A DNA stretch of 64,000 nt from positions 1-64,000 of the IMG/VR virus record IMGVR_UViG_3300032092_002720; one strand, written 5' to 3'. The stretch comes from a virus. Lineage: Duplodnaviria; Heunggongvirae; Uroviricota; Caudoviricetes. Shown piece by piece: positions 1 to 7,815 of this stretch. Under the pieces are notes generated by a model. That model had not been told where the DNA came from. It was given only the letters and a program-made list of their open reading frames with translations, and ran no database searches. The translations under genes and the position numbers were made by a program. How positions within the stretch are numbered: the stretch's first letter is position 1; each line of letters opens with the position of its first letter.

Positions 1-1
1 T

Positions 2-805
2 TCGTTCAACCTTGGCGACACAGCTCTCTCACCTATTCTATTCATCGATCAGCTGCAAGGAACTACGTCACTGAATGGCACTACGTTTGCTCCTGTTGCA
101 CCCAATCAAGGATCTTCGGCACCAACTACTCCACCTCCGCCGCCTGCAGAACCGACATATCCAACTACATCGATTACGACCAATCAAACTATCAAGCTTG
201 GTCAGACGAATGCCATCACGAGCAACTCGATTTACATTCAAAACATCGGTGATAATAATACAGTCAACATCGAGCAGTTCTCGAGGTTTAATGCTATCAG
301 AGGTGTGAATGGTTCTCAAGCCATGCTGATTAATGGTAGCAATAACTCTATCACTATTAATCAAGGCACTGCAACTACGATTCTTGGAAACAATCTCGCT
401 GAAGTGTCTGTGACAGGAAACAATAACACATTATCTCTGACTCAGCAACATAATGGCAAATACACAGAGTTGGTAATGAATGGAACAGGAAATCAACTCA
501 CTGCTCAGCAGAAAGATGCTGGCGGGAAGTCTGCTTTCTTTAACATCTTAGGAAACTCGAATGTTGTGACAACTCTACAGCAAGGAACTGGAAATCATTT
601 CCTCGATGTCAGTGCGCCATTCGGTGGGTTGAATGCAAACATCACTCAATCTGGTTCTGCACAGAAGCTGTTTAAATTGGTGATAAATAATCCTGGAATT
701 GGAGTCACTGTATCGCAAACTTCTGCGAGCGTTACTGACTCAGTCTTAATGTCAATCACTTGTGCCACTGGGCCTTGTACTGGATACAGCTACGTAAAGA
801 ATTAA
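2..805 (+). CDS. Curlin-repeat (CsgA-like) beta-solenoid protein, 5' end truncated by window edge
   Basis: Frame 2 is open from position 2 and continuous with listed ORF 305-805. Sequence shows tandem ~22-aa repeats of the form N-x-(I/L)-x-Q-x-G-x-x-N-x-(A/L), e.g. SITINQGTATTILGNNLAEVSVTGNNNTLSLTQQHNG, typical of curli subunit repeats. Preceded by a Pro/Thr-rich linker. Confidence 0.5.
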   Translation, partial: SFNLGDTALSPILFIDQLQGTTSLNGTTFAPVAPNQGSSAPTTPPPPPAEPTYPTTSITTNQTIKLGQTNAITSNSIYIQNIGDNNTVNIEQFSRFNAIRGVNGSQAMLINGSNNSITINQGTATTILGNNLAEVSVTGNNNTLSLTQQHNGKYTELVMNGTGNQLTAQQKDAGGKSAFFNILGNSNVVTTLQQGTGNHFLDVSAPFGGLNANITQSGSAQKLFKLVINNPGIGVTVSQTSASVTDSVLMSITCATGPCTGYSYVKN

Positions 806-807
806 TT

Positions 808-1371
808 ATGTTTGTACATGATAATGGAAATCTGAATGTTTTAGCCATGGAAAAGTGTGGTCACACTGCCATGTGGTGTTATTTTGATATGCCTCTCATG
901 CAAAAATATTTTGCAGATTGGTTAGAATATACATCTCCTCGAGTAGTGGTGTTAAGACACCCTATGGAACGCGTCCATTCTGCAATGCGTTTTGCCGATA
1001 AATTATTTAATAACGGCCAAAAAACCAAAGAAATAATGGAAGCTGTCAGATTTACACCCGAATTTTTTGACTACTATGATAATAATCCTTCGGAAATATC
1101 GGAGTATGTTTTTAATAGGCACTGTCGTCCATACATGCATATTCTAAAAAATAGAGATTTTAGAATTATAAAGTTCGAAGAACTACCTCAATACATTCCA
1201 ACGGTATTACCAGGTGGAATTGCAACAAATACCACTGATAGGAATATAGATCCGTTTCCTTCGAACAGATGGTTCACAAGAAAAGATATGATAAAAGAGA
1301 TTGAGATATATGAAAATCTCGTGGAAAACAGAGAAGTTATAACTATTCAAGAATGGAAAGCGCTAACATGA
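808..1371 (+). CDS. Sulfotransferase-like protein (putative)
   Basis: An internal ATG at 808 is the likelier start. KCGHTA resembles the 5'-PSB motif (PKSGTT) and RHPMERVHS the 3'-PB motif (RDPxDxxxS) of PAPS-dependent sulfotransferases. Motif-level only. Confidence 0.3.
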   Translation: MFVHDNGNLNVLAMEKCGHTAMWCYFDMPLMQKYFADWLEYTSPRVVVLRHPMERVHSAMRFADKLFNNGQKTKEIMEAVRFTPEFFDYYDNNPSEISEYVFNRHCRPYMHILKNRDFRIIKFEELPQYIPTVLPGGIATNTTDRNIDPFPSNRWFTRKDMIKEIEIYENLVENREVITIQEWKALT

Positions 1372-3416
1372 TTAAGAAAATTTTACTTTCGCCATGGTTG
1401 GCGCTTTTTACATTTGCAGTACTACTTACTTTTAAGTTACAAGATCCGTATTTGGTTGAAGCGACTCGTCTTAAATTTTATGACTATATCATGCTTGATA
1501 AAGCAAAGCAATCTGAGCAGATTGTAGTCGTTAATTTAGGGGAGAAAGCAATTGAAAAATATGGCCAGTGGCCGTTCCCGCGTGAAGTCCACGCTGAAAT
1601 TATTGGGGACATTTATGGCCGAGGGGCTGCTCTTGTTGGCAGCACTGTACTTATGCCTGAGCCTGATCGGATGGGCACTGATCGAATTCTTGCTGATACT
1701 CTAAGCAAGTATCCAGTCGTTCTTAGTCAGACTGTGTCGGCGGATTGCGGTCGACCATCCAGTCGCGATGTTCGTCGGACAGGTGTGGCTGTGGTTGGAG
1801 ACGGTCAAGCGACCGACTTTCTTCCGTCATATCCATGCGTCCTATCGAATCTAGCAATGCTTCAACAGCATGCTGCTGGTGTAGGAGTGACGTCAACTCT
1901 TCCTGAACCTGACGGTGTTGTGCGACGAGTTCCGCTTCTCGCAACCTCAGAGGGTGAATACTATCCTGCATTTGCTCTAGAAATGTTAAGAGTCGCGGCC
2001 GGAGATCCTTCGTATCAGGCAAAGATAAACATTGGTGGGGTGGAAGCATTACGAATTCCTTCTTTTGAAACTATTAAGACCGATGAATACGGTCGCGTGT
2101 TTATTAATCCGAACTATCGATTTGAGTCATACGAAATTGGCAAGGATCCTTTGCCTGTCCTGAGTGGTAAAATCGTTGTCCTTGGAGTAACTGCAGCTGG
2201 CGTAAGTAACCCTGTAGCGACTCCTTCAGGTGCGCAGTATCCCCATCAGTTGCAAGCGAGTATTCTTGAGACTCTGATAAATGGTGATTCGGTTTCGATT
2301 CCGAATTGGACACAGCTTGTAGATCTTGCTGCTCTTCTTGTTTTGGCTCTGTCATTAATCATCATCTCTCGATTAAAATACTCTATCGTCTGGATAGGTT
2401 TAATTTTAGGCGGATATCTCTATCTGCCGGTGTATTTATTTGCGAGCAAGGGAATCTTGTTAGACGTTACATTTAACGTGATCGCAATCGCAATTATTTA
2501 CATGCATATCTATACAGTGAAATTTATATCTGAATTCCTTCAGAAGCAACAAATCAAGAAACAGTTCGGCACATATCTGAGCCCAGATCTTGTTGCAAGA
2601 TTGCAAAGACAGCCAGATCTCTTGAAGTTAGGCGGAGAATCTCGCGAGCTTTCAATCATGTTCACAGACGTTCGTGGCTTTACTACAATCTCTGAACACT
2701 ACGGAGAAGATGTTCAAGGTCTCACGTCGATTATGAATCGTTACATGACGGTCATGACAAGAGCGATCCTTGAAAACAACGGTACATTAGATAAGTATAT
2801 TGGTGATGCACAGATGGCATTCTGGAATGCGCCGCTCGATAATAATAAGCATGCTTTGGATGCTGTACGAACAGCCTTCCAAATGTTAAAAGATTTGGAG
2901 ACTTTCAATGAAGAAGTTACAAAAGAAGGCATCCCAGCTTTCGGTATGGGTCTTGGTATTAACACTGCCACTGTGGTTGTTGGCAATATGGGCTCTGACC
3001 AGCGTTTTGATTATACTTGCTTGGGCGATGGGGTTAATCTGGCTGCTCGTCTCGAAGGTCAAACCAAGCCTTATGGAGTCAAACTCATCGTCGGACCACA
3101 AACGGCCGAATCGATTGGGAATGTATACCAAGTAGTTGAGCTCGACCTGATCGCCGTGAAAGGTAAGACAGAACCTGCTCAAATCTATACAGTACTCGAA
3201 TTTGCAGATCCTGCTGGAGAACTGCTGCATAAAAAGTTCTTGGACTTCTATCGTCAGGGCAAATGGGATGCAGCTATCAACATGATAAAAGATCTGAAAC
3301 GCTGTTGGGACGAAGAGCTAAATGCATACTATGATATGATGGAACAAAGAATCTACGACTTGAAAACCGATGAGCCACTCAAGTGGGACGGAATTTATAG
3401 AGCTACCAGTAAGTGA
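1353..3416 (+). CDS. CHASE2 sensor domain - transmembrane - class III adenylyl/guanylyl cyclase
   Basis: N-terminal TM segment, a ~300-aa periplasmic CHASE2-like region, then multiple TM helices (aa ~320-400). C-terminal cyclase homology domain motifs: RELSIMFTDVRGFTTISE, YIGDAQMAFWNAP, DYTCLGDGVNLAARLEG. Confidence 0.75.
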   Translation: MESANMIKKILLSPWLALFTFAVLLTFKLQDPYLVEATRLKFYDYIMLDKAKQSEQIVVVNLGEKAIEKYGQWPFPREVHAEIIGDIYGRGAALVGSTVLMPEPDRMGTDRILADTLSKYPVVLSQTVSADCGRPSSRDVRRTGVAVVGDGQATDFLPSYPCVLSNLAMLQQHAAGVGVTSTLPEPDGVVRRVPLLATSEGEYYPAFALEMLRVAAGDPSYQAKINIGGVEALRIPSFETIKTDEYGRVFINPNYRFESYEIGKDPLPVLSGKIVVLGVTAAGVSNPVATPSGAQYPHQLQASILETLINGDSVSIPNWTQLVDLAALLVLALSLIIISRLKYSIVWIGLILGGYLYLPVYLFASKGILLDVTFNVIAIAIIYMHIYTVKFISEFLQKQQIKKQFGTYLSPDLVARLQRQPDLLKLGGESRELSIMFTDVRGFTTISEHYGEDVQGLTSIMNRYMTVMTRAILENNGTLDKYIGDAQMAFWNAPLDNNKHALDAVRTAFQMLKDLETFNEEVTKEGIPAFGMGLGINTATVVVGNMGSDQRFDYTCLGDGVNLAARLEGQTKPYGVKLIVGPQTAESIGNVYQVVELDLIAVKGKTEPAQIYTVLEFADPAGELLHKKFLDFYRQGKWDAAINMIKDLKRCWDEELNAYYDMMEQRIYDLKTDEPLKWDGIYRATSK

Positions 3417-3422
3417 GGTAAT

Positions 3423-4037
3423 ATGATAGACGATAGTATGTTTGCATCTTATAGAGATGAATTTGAAAAAAATGGATTCGTAAAGATCAAGGGAGTTTTA
3501 TCTCCTGATATGATCGAGATGTATAAGGCCTTTATTGATATCTCGCATCTGAAGGCAATTAGAAAACCAGAATTCGGTCCTTATCTCGGAGGAGATATTG
3601 ATTCGATAGACCATAACATCCTCGATGATAGCATCTTGCTTTATTGTAAACACATCATCGAAAAAGTTTGGGGCATTCCAAACATGGTGCCTTCATATGC
3701 TTTCTCTCGAGAATATTATAGAGGCTCAGAACTGAAACTTCACCGCGATCGTGAAGCCTGTCAGTACTCTATCAGCATTACTATGTGTAAGATGGGAGAA
3801 GGTAGCACTCCTTTGTGGTTCAGTGAAAACGATGATAAGAGCAACGCTATACCTGTCGACCTTGATGAAGGCGATGCCATCATTTTCAACGGCGGTTCTG
3901 ACTATGGAGGTAAGTGGCACTGGAGAGATCCTCTTGAGATAGATTCTCTTTTCCAACTGTTCCTGCACTATGTCCATCCTGACACACCAACCCTCGCAGA
4001 CAACGATTTCCCGAGACCTTTTTATCGTTCTAGCTGA
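3423..4037 (+). CDS. 2OG-Fe(II) oxygenase, PhyH-like (putative)
   Basis: HxD (LHRDRE) with a downstream His (KWHWRDP) and an intervening DEGDAIIF strand. The pattern matches phytanoyl-CoA dioxygenase-like proteins. Confidence 0.45.
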   Translation: MIDDSMFASYRDEFEKNGFVKIKGVLSPDMIEMYKAFIDISHLKAIRKPEFGPYLGGDIDSIDHNILDDSILLYCKHIIEKVWGIPNMVPSYAFSREYYRGSELKLHRDREACQYSISITMCKMGEGSTPLWFSENDDKSNAIPVDLDEGDAIIFNGGSDYGGKWHWRDPLEIDSLFQLFLHYVHPDTPTLADNDFPRPFYRSS

Positions 4038-4039
4038 TT

Positions 4040-4086
4040 TTTAGGGTGTACATTTTATCAAAAGTTTGGTAAGGTGGACCTATAAT
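4040..4086 (+). promoter_or_regulatory. Phage promoter motif copy (GTGTACA-N17-TAAGGT + TATAAT)
   Basis: Conserved -35-like (C/G)ATGTACA, 17-nt spacer, -10-like TAnnnT. Second TATAAT at 4081-4086. Confidence 0.5.
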
Positions 4087-4102
4087 GATGAAGGACGAAA
4101 AC

Positions 4103-4570
4103 ATGAACATCACGATCACTGGTATGATTGGCAAGCGCAAAGAGAAAGCGCTTCTCAAGGAAGCCGCAGAGTTCTTTGCAGCTCAACTCATGGATCCTCG
4201 CATGGTTCGCAACCTCACCCTCGACATCGAAGTTTACAACAACCTTGATGTTGAAGGTGAATGCGTCGACGAAGATGGTTTTCGTAATCCTCGTTGGTTC
4301 ACCATCGGCCTCAAGAGCCAAGACATTAAAGCCATGATCAAGACTCTTGGCCATGAGATGGTGCATGTCAAGCAACATGCCAAGAACGAACTTCGTACTG
4401 GCCATGTAGTAGCTGCACGTGGCGGCCTTAAAATCTACAGCAAGTGGATGGGCGAAATCTGGAAGCCAAAGGGCAAAGAAGATCATTACTTCGATGCACC
4501 ATGGGAGATCGAAGCATACGGCCGCGAAGTTGGTCTGTATGCAAAATGGGTTCAATATAAAGGAAACTAA
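4103..4570 (+). CDS. HExxH zincin-like hypothetical protein
   Basis: HEMVHVKQH motif. Start moved from 4085 to the ATG at 4103 because 4085 lies inside the conserved promoter/5'UTR cassette (TATAATGATGAAGGA) that also precedes the ATG at 53121. Confidence 0.35.
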   Translation: MNITITGMIGKRKEKALLKEAAEFFAAQLMDPRMVRNLTLDIEVYNNLDVEGECVDEDGFRNPRWFTIGLKSQDIKAMIKTLGHEMVHVKQHAKNELRTGHVVAARGGLKIYSKWMGEIWKPKGKEDHYFDAPWEIEAYGREVGLYAKWVQYKGN

Positions 4571-4571
4571 T

Positions 4572-4784
4572 ATGAGTTTTTGGTTAATCGTATATCTGTT
4601 CACTGCTGACGGTGAATACTTTGCAAAAGATGTCTATGAGACTGGCAGTGCGGAGCAGTGTGTAGAGTTTGCTGGACAAGTGACAAAGACTATCGTCAAT
4701 ACCAGTCTGCAAGCACAGTTTCATTGCGTAAGCGACGATCACTATATGGGTCGTAAACAGGATGAAGGCATCGAGTATGACTAA
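4572..4784 (+). CDS. hypothetical protein
   Basis: ATG directly after the stop of the previous gene; preceding AGGAAA as SD. No recognisable motif. Confidence 0.3.
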   Translation: MSFWLIVYLFTADGEYFAKDVYETGSAEQCVEFAGQVTKTIVNTSLQAQFHCVSDDHYMGRKQDEGIEYD

Positions 4785-4886
4785 TCATCCTCGTCAGCGG
4801 GCTATGTGGGATGGTCTGGATGGCAGCGGTTGTTTGGGCTTTATTGTTTTAATTATAATTGTAACTTTGATTGGAGTCTTTGTATC

Positions 4887-5120
4887 ATGAAAAGCTTTTT
4901 GGAAGGTGTTTTTGACGTAGTGTTTAGCTTGCCGACATTCCTTATTGGACTCATTGTCGGATTCGGGTTATTGATTATGGCCGTTGCAAAATCGGAACAA
5001 GAAGAGAAGGAACTTCGTACTAAGCAGACAGCTTATTGCTATAGCCTTGGACAGGTTCTGGTTACCAGCGATGCTGGTCGTCACTGTGTTGCTCCTGAAA
5101 ACCTGACGGTGATTAAATGA
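4887..5120 (+). CDS. small membrane protein
   Basis: GGAG SD precedes the ATG at 4887. Hydrophobic helix LPTFLIGLIVGFGLLIMAV. Confidence 0.3.
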   Translation: MKSFLEGVFDVVFSLPTFLIGLIVGFGLLIMAVAKSEQEEKELRTKQTAYCYSLGQVLVTSDAGRHCVAPENLTVIK

Positions 5121-5530
5121 GAGAGGAACGTGTAGGTATTGTAGCCAGTTGTTTTGATCTGTTCCATGCAGGTCATATCCTTATGCTGATGGAGGCTAAG
5201 GACCACTGTGATCGTTTGGTTGTAGCTTTGCAATCGGATCCTACAATCGATCGTCCTGAAAAGAACAAGCCCGTTCAAGGTCTATCTGAACGTTATATTC
5301 AGTTGGAGGCATGTAAGTATGTCGATCAGATCGTCCCGTACGATACTGAGGCAGATCTCTACAACCTACTTGCTGGTCTTGATTGGGACGTTCGTTTCCT
5401 TGGTATGGATTACATTGATCGAACAGACTTCACTGGATACGATCTCGACATTCCTATCCACTACTGCAGTCGTAGGCATAACTATAGTTCATCTGGTTTG
5501 CGTGAACGTATTTTGAAAGCAAAGAAATGA
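5117..5530 (+). CDS. Cytidylyltransferase-fold nucleotidyltransferase (RfaE domain II / TagD-like)
   Basis: CFDLFHAGH (HxGH) motif, RLVVALQSD, and a C-terminal SSSGLRERI (ISTT-like) motif. Collinear with the HldE C-terminal heptose-1-P adenylyltransferase and with glycerol-3-P cytidylyltransferase. Confidence 0.6.
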   Translation: MREERVGIVASCFDLFHAGHILMLMEAKDHCDRLVVALQSDPTIDRPEKNKPVQGLSERYIQLEACKYVDQIVPYDTEADLYNLLAGLDWDVRFLGMDYIDRTDFTGYDLDIPIHYCSRRHNYSSSGLRERILKAKK

Positions 5531-5970
5531 GTAAGTGGGTAGCACGATTCCTTGATCTCGCCGATCATGTTGCGACATGGTCAAAGGATCCTCGGACACA
5601 AGTAGGCTGTGTCATTGTAGATAAGCACAATCGTATCGTCTCTCTCGGTTTCAATGGCTTTCCTCGTGGTGTAAAAGATCTTGCAGAGAGATACAACGAT
5701 AGGCCTACGAAGCATCTGTTCGTAGCTCATGCCGAACGGAACGCACTCGACAATGCTCCGCTGTCTGTCGAAGGCTGCACGCTTTATAGTCCTCTTCTAC
5801 CTTGCAGCGAATGCGCCAAGAGCATCATTCAGAAGGGAATTACGAAGGTGGTATCGTACGAGCCAGTTGAAGACGTCGAACATTTTCACTGGCATGTTAC
5901 AAAACAAATGTTTTTAGAAGCTGGAGTTCAACTCTATCTTATAAATAAACCTGTCACGCCTAATGGGTGA
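5527..5970 (+). CDS. cd: dCMP deaminase
   Basis: HAERNA zinc-binding motif and PCSECAKSI (PCxxCA) motif of the CMP/dCMP deaminase family. ATGA overlap with the upstream gene. Confidence 0.75.
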   Translation: MSKWVARFLDLADHVATWSKDPRTQVGCVIVDKHNRIVSLGFNGFPRGVKDLAERYNDRPTKHLFVAHAERNALDNAPLSVEGCTLYSPLLPCSECAKSIIQKGITKVVSYEPVEDVEHFHWHVTKQMFLEAGVQLYLINKPVTPNG

Positions 5971-6004
5971 CACAACTCAAACTCGCTTATATAGGAGCAA
6001 AATT

Positions 6005-6529
6005 ATGTTTAAAGATAATCCGTTCTGGAGAACAAATGACTTCGATCGTTTCTACGTTGGATTCGATGAAGTTGCAAAAAAGCTAAACGCCGCTGCGAGC
6101 CAAGCTCAAGCCGTTGCTGCAAAATACCCTCCATACAATCTGAAGAAGATTGACGAAAACAAGTATACGATCGAACTCGCTGTTGCTGGCTTTGCTAAGC
6201 AAGATCTTGAGATCGAGATCGTAGACGACAAGCTAATCATCAAGGGCAATACCACATCTGGTGAACCTGCAGAGCAGGATTCGAAGGGAGAGTGGACATG
6301 GCCTCAGATGCTGCATCACGGACTTGCAATGCGTCCGTTCACACGAACATTTACTATTGCCGATAACGTAGAAATTCGCGGTGCATCACTTCTGAATGGC
6401 ATTCTGAAGATTGCTTTGGAAGCTATTATTCCAGAGCACAAGAAGCCGAAGAAGGTAAAGATTGAAGACGAAGATACAGAGTATCCGTCGCAAGCTGCCG
6501 AATTCTTGGCAGAAGGTAAGACTAAGTAA
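6005..6529 (+). CDS. Hsp20 / alpha-crystallin family small heat-shock protein
   Basis: AGGAG SD before the ATG at 6005. Alpha-crystallin-like core (YTIELAVAGFAKQDLEIEIVDDKLIIKG ... TFTIADNVEIRGASLLNGILKI). Confidence 0.55.
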   Translation: MFKDNPFWRTNDFDRFYVGFDEVAKKLNAAASQAQAVAAKYPPYNLKKIDENKYTIELAVAGFAKQDLEIEIVDDKLIIKGNTTSGEPAEQDSKGEWTWPQMLHHGLAMRPFTRTFTIADNVEIRGASLLNGILKIALEAIIPEHKKPKKVKIEDEDTEYPSQAAEFLAEGKTK

Positions 6530-6536
6530 AAAAGAA

Positions 6537-6560
6537 GGGGACCTTTCGGTCCCCTTCAAT
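6537..6560. terminator. Bidirectional intrinsic terminator hairpin
   Basis: GGGGACC-TTTC-GGTCCCC between the convergent genes ending at 6529 (+) and 6561 (-), with A/T runs on both sides. Confidence 0.7.
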
Positions 6561-7739
6561 TTATCCCCAATTGGAGTATTGTTTTGTTTTCTTTAAACGA
6601 TCGTCAAGACCGTGTGTACCGCCATTCACTCGCTTTGAGATTTGAGTGATCACCGCATCGGTAACACCTTTGTCTGCAATTGCAAGCAATCCATTCTTAC
6701 GGAAGAACCATAATGCAGACTCAAAAGCCAACTCACCAACCACAAGATCAGGATTCGTCAAGACGTCAGGACGTTTTACGTCAGCGGCAAAGGCTGTATA
6801 GTTGTCTTTCCCGGTCAGTTGGATCGGGCCTCGACCACGCCACTTCCAGCCATCTCCAGAGGCTTCTGAACCGTTCCCCATCCGATTAGCATACACTTTG
6901 TTTGCAATCTTTTCTGGCTTACGAGCATAACCTGCGGTCGAAGCGATCGTTGGAAAATACTTCTTAAAGGTTCCGTTGAGTCCCTTATCCGAATAGTTCA
7001 GGTTCTCAGAGAATACCTTAAACCCGCCTGACTCGTGTGCACACTGACCGAAGAAGTGTGCTGCCTGATTATTTGTCAGCTTGAAGAAGTCTCTTGCCGC
7101 CTTATATGTGCCAGGTCCCCACTTACCATCGGCAGTAATGCCGCATTTAGTTTGGAGAGCAGCTAATGGACCAAGACCTGCAGCTATTGGTTTGGCTTGC
7201 GTTACAGAGTCAGTGATTTGTGAGTTGACTGTCTTGATGGTAGGTGCACCAGCAGCCTTTGTCGTCGAAGGATCAAAGTCGGCAACAGTAGTGTATACCG
7301 TACCACCAGCTTTTGACTTCGTAGCGATCATACGTACTTTGCGATTGCCTCCACCCTTCTTAATCGAAGCATGCACCCAACCTGAATTCTTATCGCCCTT
7401 TGTGTAGAACTCAAGAATCACTTGGTCAAATTCAAGGTTATCACCGATCCAATCGGCAACAGTTTTGTTATCGACACCCTTTACTTCAAAGTCAATTGCC
7501 TGACCGTTGACGTGCTGAGATGTCTTCGAGCCACCGACTGCCTTATTGACAAGCGGAGCACGATACGAAGAGTTGACTGTGACTGGTCCAAACTTAGCAC
7601 GAACTGGTTCGAGAATCTTTTCGCAGCAGTAGCGCATATTCTCGATGTGTTCTGGAGTTGGAGTGTTACTCAGTCCAAGTCTTTTTGCAGTAGGAGAAAC
7701 AATCATTTCTGCCAAAGAAAAATGTTCAGTTAGTTTCAT
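6561..7739 (-). CDS. Modular endolysin: M15 peptidase + peptidoglycan-binding + GH19 glycosidase
   Basis: N-terminus has the Peptidase_M15_3 motifs SSYRAP...SQHVNGQAIDF...WVH. Middle region CGITADGKWGPGTYKAARDF is PG_binding-like. C-terminus carries GH19 motifs GQCAHESGGF and RGPIQLTGKDNY. It is the only - strand gene in the first 59 kb. Confidence 0.8.
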   Translation of the reverse strand: MKLTEHFSLAEMIVSPTAKRLGLSNTPTPEHIENMRYCCEKILEPVRAKFGPVTVNSSYRAPLVNKAVGGSKTSQHVNGQAIDFEVKGVDNKTVADWIGDNLEFDQVILEFYTKGDKNSGWVHASIKKGGGNRKVRMIATKSKAGGTVYTTVADFDPSTTKAAGAPTIKTVNSQITDSVTQAKPIAAGLGPLAALQTKCGITADGKWGPGTYKAARDFFKLTNNQAAHFFGQCAHESGGFKVFSENLNYSDKGLNGTFKKYFPTIASTAGYARKPEKIANKVYANRMGNGSEASGDGWKWRGRGPIQLTGKDNYTAFAADVKRPDVLTNPDLVVGELAFESALWFFRKNGLLAIADKGVTDAVITQISKRVNGGTHGLDDRLKKTKQYSNWG

Positions 7740-7815
7740 TTTTATCGCCTTTTACTATGTACTTTATTCGGGTTTTAGGGTATAACTAACAATGCGGCCA
7801 GACACTGGAGATCTC

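Noticed and set aside
68-364. ORFs 68-364 (-) and 75-308 (+) at the window start
   Set aside because: Frame 2 of the + strand is open from position 2 and runs continuously into ORF 305-805, so these are shadow ORFs of a single truncated curlin-repeat gene.
4085-4102. First ATG (4085) as the start of the HExxH protein, and the TTG-initiated ORF 4066-4248
   Set aside because: These bases are part of the conserved promoter/5'UTR cassette (CCTATAATGATGAAGGA) repeated at 53054-53120, where the same ATGATG is clearly non-coding. The ATG at 4103, after the GAAGGA SD, is the likelier start.
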